Positions 59,134 through 64,000 of a stretch of 64,000 nucleotides of DNA are shown piece by piece. The position numbers were made by a program, and so were the translations under genes. The notes beneath the pieces are model-generated. The model was not told where the DNA came from. It searched no databases and saw only the letters and a list, made by a program, of their open reading frames with translations. Source of the DNA: a virus; the IMG/VR virus record IMGVR_UViG_3300020477_000014, positions 64,001 to 128,000 of that record, one strand, 5' to 3'. The stretch's first letter is position 1. Each line of letters opens with the position of its first letter.

Positions 59134-60007
59134 TAACTTTAACTTCGCACAGATGCCAACGGGCTCCGGACCCTTTTCTTTGAAAGAGGTGGGAATGCTT
59201 TCGTCCACTATCGAGGACATTGACCAAGCTATGACCGCATGGGTTAAGGATGACTTACGTTTGACGACGCGCACCAACGAAGGATTGATTACGGTTCCTG
59301 TTTTGTGGCAGGCGCCCGAAAGAGCTTATCAAATCAAGCACAAGAAGGATTTACGAGATGATGCCGGCGCCCTTAAGCTTCCCTTGGTATCCGTTGAGCG
59401 CACCAATATCACCAAAGATCCATCAAGAAAAGGATCTTTCCAGGCGCACCTGTTTTCAGCTAATCGTAATGGCAGGTCGGGAAGATTCGTGATCGCCAAG
59501 CGTATAGTGCCGAACAAGACGCGCAACTTTGCTGTAGCAGCCGGCACTCGAGTTGAAGATGTAGCTGACGGCGAGCGACAAAGATATTTTCCAAGAGTTA
59601 ATAAAAAAGTAGTTATTCAGACTGTTTCTATCCCGATCCCTGTGTATGTAAGCGTGGATTACAAAATTACTCTTAAATCTGAGTACCAACAACAAATGAA
59701 TGATTTGGTGGCTCCCTTTGTTGCGCGCACCGGACAGATTAATGCCTTTACACTATACAGAAAGAACCATTCTTATGAGGCTTTTATCCAACAAACCTTT
59801 GCTCACAATAATAATGTTTCTAATTTAGCGGAAGATATGCGGATGTTTGGAACGGAGATAACAATCAGTGTTTTGGGGTATCTAATCGGGGAAGGGGAAA
59901 GCGACGATCGTCCCATTGTTCGCATTGACGAAAACACAGTAGAGTTTCAGTTTCCTAGTGAGTCGGTGGTACCACCGGGTAATCCAAATTTATTTAGTTC
60001 AAAGTAG
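59123..60007 (+). CDS. Tail terminator/sheath stabiliser (T4 gp15-like)
   Basis: VPVLWQAPERAYQ, LPLVSVER, IPVYVSVDYKITL...QQQMN; located between neck and sheath; start chosen at ATG 59123. Confidence 0.6.
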   Translation: MLPDNFNFAQMPTGSGPFSLKEVGMLSSTIEDIDQAMTAWVKDDLRLTTRTNEGLITVPVLWQAPERAYQIKHKKDLRDDAGALKLPLVSVERTNITKDPSRKGSFQAHLFSANRNGRSGRFVIAKRIVPNKTRNFAVAAGTRVEDVADGERQRYFPRVNKKVVIQTVSIPIPVYVSVDYKITLKSEYQQQMNDLVAPFVARTGQINAFTLYRKNHSYEAFIQQTFAHNNNVSNLAEDMRMFGTEITISVLGYLIGEGESDDRPIVRIDENTVEFQFPSESVVPPGNPNLFSSK

Positions 60008-60134
60008 ATCAGGAAGTGAAAACAATCTTTTATTGGTGTGGGTCCGCCTTTTGAGAATAAAAATACTATTTATTTAATGATTGAAGTGGCAAATAACAGA
60101 CCATTTTTTAGACATCTTAAAAGGAACCATAATC

Positions 60135-63122
60135 ATGTCAGTGAAAAGTTTTAAATTTGTATCTCCTGGAGTGTTTATTCACGAAATAGATAATTCCTTT
60201 GTGCCGAAATCGGCGGAAGCCATTGGTCCCGTTGTTATCGGGAGGGCTGCCAGAGGGATATCAATGCAGCCGGTAAAGGTGGAGTCGTATTCTGAGTATG
60301 TTGAAATGTTCGGCGATACGGTACCTGGATTTGCCGGTGGTGACATTTCCCGAGATGGAAATTTCCAATCTCCGATGTATGGAACTTATGCTTCGAAGGC
60401 TTTTTTGCGGGCTAATGTGGCTCCATTAAATTATATTCGTCTTTTGGGACAACAAAGCACAAACGCTAGTGCCGAGGGCTACGCTGGGTGGCAAACTGAA
60501 AACAATGTTAATCCCCAACTAGACTCAAATGGTGGCGCCTATGGGATGTTCTTGTTTAAAAGCAGTAGTGCCACCCAAGGGAAACTCCTGGGTCAGGTAA
60601 ATTTGGGAGAAGGACGCCTAGGGGCTATCTTTTATGTTAACAATTCGGCATCGTTACAGTTGTCGGGCAACTTTATTTCGGGTACCCGAGGCGACTGGGA
60701 CGCGAACAACGCCGGCCAAGGAATCGGAACAGTTATCTATAATCACGATGAGGGTGACCGCCTTTTTACGGTTGTTCTTACTTCATCGAATGGAACGTAT
60801 AATGAGAAAGTCCAATTTAACTTTGATGACACTTCGGATTTTTACATCAGGAAGAGAATCAACACCAATCCTCAATTGACTAGTGCTCCTGGTTCCTTTT
60901 ATCCCACCAGTTCTCACAAGCCGTATTGGTTAGGGGCGACATATGATCAATTTTTACGCGAAGGTGGTTATATCCCGGGCAAAAATTTGTCCGCAGTTAT
61001 ATTGCCCTTGGCAAATACCGCAAGTACATCCATCGGACCTCATAACTTGCGCGAAGCATCTAGAGAGGCTGCGACTGGCTGGTTCGTTGGTCAAGATACT
61101 GGTCCTCACGGCACATCCTTCGTAATTCAACATTTAAAGAACAACAAACTATTTCGCCTTAAAGGTCGCGGTCACGGAGAATGGCTTCATAGGAATCTGA
61201 AAGTTTCTATTGAGAAAATACGAGTTTCTAATTCCTCTCTTACCGACTACGGTACATTTTCGGTAGTTTTGCGCAGCCTGCTGGACACAGATAACAATGT
61301 GCAGGTAGTTGAGAGATTCGATAACTGCACATTAGATCCATCTTCTCCTAATTTTGTTGCACGAAAGATCGGCGATATGTATCTTAAGTGGGATGACAAC
61401 AAGAAAACACTTCAACAGGTAGGGGAGTATCCTAATAATTCTCGCTTTGTGTATGTTGAATGTAATCCGGATGTGGAAGCCGGCGCAACAAACCCGGCGC
61501 TTTTGCCAGTAGGGTTTTTGGGAATTCCTAAATTTACCAACGTGACAGACCTCTTCGCCGGAGCAGTTGTGGGAGCAGGCGTCGGCAATAATTCTCTAGC
61601 GAACAAGTATATTTATTGGACCACCACCGCCGACGGGTTCATTGGACTAGGCATGCCGGGTACCCTCCCCAGGACACATCTCAACAGATCAATATTGAGC
61701 GGCGGCGCCGGGACAACCAACGTCGTAGCTGGCTCCGGACACCATTCGGCGTCTTTGATGGCATTTCCCTCTAGTTCTTATAGACAGAACGCCTCCGATG
61801 GTGGACTGTCAGATCCCACAAATGCTTATTGGGGATTTAGTACTACACGGACTGTCGACTCGAGTCGAAGTGATCATAGTGTTATGGATTTGGGGAACCT
61901 GCTTAAAAGCGACTTTAAGGATGATTGGTCGACCTATGATGCCGCGACTGACGGAATCGACCCATGGGACTTGATTTTCACCTTACAAGATCTTTCGGCT
62001 TCGGGAGGTGTTTCGGGAACAGGGACATATCATTGGGTTAGCGGCTCTCGACGAAATGAGCTAGCTGTCCCCTTGAACAAGACTTTGGAAAACGGATATG
62101 GACAATTTACTGCTCCCTTCTTCGGAGGGTTTGATGGATTTAATAATCGAGTACCCGATCCTCTTTATAATATGGGGATGAAAAATGCTACCGAAACCAA
62201 CAACTCTGCTTATTACACATGGAAGCGCGCAATTGACACCATAGCGGATCCTGAATATATTAATATGAACTTGTTGGCCGCGCCAGGATTAACTAAAAAT
62301 AGACTAACGAGACATATGATTAATGTATGTGAAGATCGCGCCGATGCCATGGCATTGGTTGATTTGGGAGATGTTTACAAGCCTCCACACGAAGAGTACT
62401 TCTCAAACAAGTCACAGCGTGTAGGTGCTGGACCCACACAAGTGGCCAAGAGCCTCAAAAATCGCGCGATTGATTCCAGTTATGGATGTACGTTCTATCC
62501 ATGGGTTCAGACTAGAGATGAGTCTTCCGGACAGTTAGTGTGGATCCCGCCCTCTGTGGCGATGATGGGGGTTCTTGCAAGCTCTCAAGCTAAATCGGAC
62601 GTTTGGTTTGCCCCTGCTGGGTTTAATCGCGGCGGATTAACTGATGGTGCGGCTGGAATTCCAATTATCAATGTGACTGAAAGGGTGGTATCTAAAGATC
62701 GAGACACACTATATGAAGCACGGATTAATCCAATTGCTTCTTTCCCCTCTACAGGGCTTGTAGTTTTCGGTCAAAAAACACTCCAGGAACGACAATCTGC
62801 GCTTGACAGAATTAATGTTCGACGACTTGTTATTTATCTTAAGAAGCAGATTTCTATCTTAGCATCACAAGTATTGTTTGAGCAGAATGTTCAAGCTACA
62901 TGGAATCGTTTCCGTGCTTTGGTTGAGCCTTTCTTGGCGAATGTAAAAGTTCAGTTTGGTATTACGGACTACAAGTTGATTCTTGATGAATCAACCACTA
63001 CTCCTGACCTTATTGACCAAAACATTATGTATGCCAAGATTATGGTTAAGCCTGCGCGCGCAATCGAGTATATTGCAATCGACTTCGTAGTTACCTCTAC
63101 TGGTGCTTCGTTTGACGATTGA
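60135..63122 (+). CDS. Tail sheath protein (T4 gp18-like)
   Basis: FVSPGVFIHEID, WFAPAGFNRGGL, INPIASFP, FGQKTLQ, LDRINVRRL, KPARAIEYIAIDF; AAGGA SD favours ATG 60135. Confidence 0.95.
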   Translation: MSVKSFKFVSPGVFIHEIDNSFVPKSAEAIGPVVIGRAARGISMQPVKVESYSEYVEMFGDTVPGFAGGDISRDGNFQSPMYGTYASKAFLRANVAPLNYIRLLGQQSTNASAEGYAGWQTENNVNPQLDSNGGAYGMFLFKSSSATQGKLLGQVNLGEGRLGAIFYVNNSASLQLSGNFISGTRGDWDANNAGQGIGTVIYNHDEGDRLFTVVLTSSNGTYNEKVQFNFDDTSDFYIRKRINTNPQLTSAPGSFYPTSSHKPYWLGATYDQFLREGGYIPGKNLSAVILPLANTASTSIGPHNLREASREAATGWFVGQDTGPHGTSFVIQHLKNNKLFRLKGRGHGEWLHRNLKVSIEKIRVSNSSLTDYGTFSVVLRSLLDTDNNVQVVERFDNCTLDPSSPNFVARKIGDMYLKWDDNKKTLQQVGEYPNNSRFVYVECNPDVEAGATNPALLPVGFLGIPKFTNVTDLFAGAVVGAGVGNNSLANKYIYWTTTADGFIGLGMPGTLPRTHLNRSILSGGAGTTNVVAGSGHHSASLMAFPSSSYRQNASDGGLSDPTNAYWGFSTTRTVDSSRSDHSVMDLGNLLKSDFKDDWSTYDAATDGIDPWDLIFTLQDLSASGGVSGTGTYHWVSGSRRNELAVPLNKTLENGYGQFTAPFFGGFDGFNNRVPDPLYNMGMKNATETNNSAYYTWKRAIDTIADPEYINMNLLAAPGLTKNRLTRHMINVCEDRADAMALVDLGDVYKPPHEEYFSNKSQRVGAGPTQVAKSLKNRAIDSSYGCTFYPWVQTRDESSGQLVWIPPSVAMMGVLASSQAKSDVWFAPAGFNRGGLTDGAAGIPIINVTERVVSKDRDTLYEARINPIASFPSTGLVVFGQKTLQERQSALDRINVRRLVIYLKKQISILASQVLFEQNVQATWNRFRALVEPFLANVKVQFGITDYKLILDESTTTPDLIDQNIMYAKIMVKPARAIEYIAIDFVVTSTGASFDD

Positions 63123-63191
63123 TAAGGAAAGGGGGCGAAAAACCCCCTATCACACTATTTAAAAATAGAACTTAAAAGGAGTTACAAGACA

Positions 63192-63785
63192 ATGGCATTC
63201 TGGTCAGAAAATTTCGGTCAAAATAGTACTTTGAAGGATCCGAAAAGAAAATTTAGATTTACTGTTGAATTTCAAGGAATTCAATCGGCACAAGGGGGTG
63301 CTACTTTGTGGTATGCCAAAACAGTCACAAAGCCCGGATTTACTATCAATACGGCAGAGCACAAATTTTTGAATCATACGTTCTTTTACCCAGGATCTGT
63401 TTCTTGGCAAGAGATTAGTTTAACGTTGGTGGACCCAGTTCAGCCTGATATGACCGCAACTCTATCCGATATCGTGGTAGCTAGTGGTTATACGCCGCCC
63501 ACTGATTCTACAACAGCTTCTTTGACTAGTATTTCTAAAGCCAAAGCAGCCACATCGTTGGGGACCGTGTATATTCAGCAGATAGATTCTAATGGTAATC
63601 CCATTGAAACATGGACTCTGTGGAACTCCTTTATTCAAGATCTTAAATTTGGAGACTTGGCATACGGAGACGACGAATTGAATGAACTTTCTCTGGTCCT
63701 TAAGTATGACTGGGCTCGAGTCGAAACAACCAATCCTTCAGTCGCCGTCAATGGTACACAGGGCACTGAATTTTTCAACGTATAA
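63192..63785 (+). CDS. Tail tube protein (T4 gp19-like)
   Basis: DPKRKFRF, WQEISLTLVDPV, ETWTL..SFI...FGDLAY...L.YDWA; follows the sheath gene; AAGGAG SD. Confidence 0.85.
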   Translation: MAFWSENFGQNSTLKDPKRKFRFTVEFQGIQSAQGGATLWYAKTVTKPGFTINTAEHKFLNHTFFYPGSVSWQEISLTLVDPVQPDMTATLSDIVVASGYTPPTDSTTASLTSISKAKAATSLGTVYIQQIDSNGNPIETWTLWNSFIQDLKFGDLAYGDDELNELSLVLKYDWARVETTNPSVAVNGTQGTEFFNV

Positions 63786-63810
63786 AATATAGACAAAAGA
63801 GAGGTGTTAT

Positions 63811-64000
63811 TTGTCACGTAATAAAGATAGGCTTGGTGGTGGGTTTTCCCATCCACACAATGCCCCAACTCCGCCCCAGCAGGTGAACTCTCCTGGCACA
63901 AGTGGTGGTTTTTCATTTGTGGTGCCTACAGAATTTGTAGAACTTCCTTCAAAGGGGAAGTTTTATTCCCCTGATCACCCCCTGTACAACCAGGAGACCG
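63811..64000 (+). CDS. 3'-partial baseplate hub assembly-like protein (T4 gp26-like)
   Basis: TTG start after GAGGTG; open to the window end; ...FSFVVPTEFVELPSKGKFYSPDHPL. Confidence 0.55.
   Translation, partial: MSRNKDRLGGGFSHPHNAPTPPQQVNSPGTSGGFSFVVPTEFVELPSKGKFYSPDHPLYNQET

Noticed and set aside
63130-63148. GC hairpin after the sheath gene as a terminator
   Set aside because: The 5-6 bp stem has no downstream U-tract on the coding strand; too weak to call.
170-63916. The many 60-190-aa minus-strand and alternate-frame ORFs in the track (e.g. 17454-18026, 30538-30912, 47152-47685)
   Set aside because: All lie within or across long, motif-supported plus-strand genes and show no recognisable motifs; treated as shadow ORFs.
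1-64000. Stop-codon reassignment (code 15 or 4), as seen in some large phages
   Set aside because: Coding density is very high under code 11, and TAA, TAG and TGA all terminate genes directly before the next start.
1-64000. tRNA, rRNA, CRISPR array, integrase/transposase, intron or intein
   Set aside because: No cloverleaf, spaced repeat array or such motifs were seen. Intergenic gaps are short, and terminase, portal and primase are of ordinary length. This was not checked with tRNAscan or Infernal.

Overview
This window is a single-strand (+), densely coding segment of a large T4-like myovirus genome (jumbo/huge-phage type) using standard code 11. It is not host chromosome. Gene order: (i) 1-25.8 kb, baseplate/virion block with a 5'-truncated giant protein of at least 3674 aa and two paralog pairs; (ii) 25.8-31.7 kb, an island with RuvC-like nuclease, DnaG-type primase, fused SbcD-SbcC (gp47-gp46-like) and a tubulin/FtsZ-family GTPase, driven by three near-identical sigma70 promoters; (iii) 31.7-34 kb, small proteins with shared N-terminal leaders, probably packaged in the head; (iv) a holin/spanin-like cassette with no endolysin in the window; (v) terminase, portal, prohead protease and ribosomal protein bS21; (vi) three paralogous ~120-aa genes, one carrying a ~1490-aa LamG-rich insert, followed by fibre-like genes and a mini Smr-like gene; (vii) scaffold, major capsid, neck, sheath, tube and a 3'-truncated baseplate hub-like gene. 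A CTAnTTA motif recurs upstream of virion genes and is a candidate late promoter. I saw no tRNA, rRNA, CRISPR array, integrase or transposase. All family assignments come from motif recognition by eye; no database search was run.
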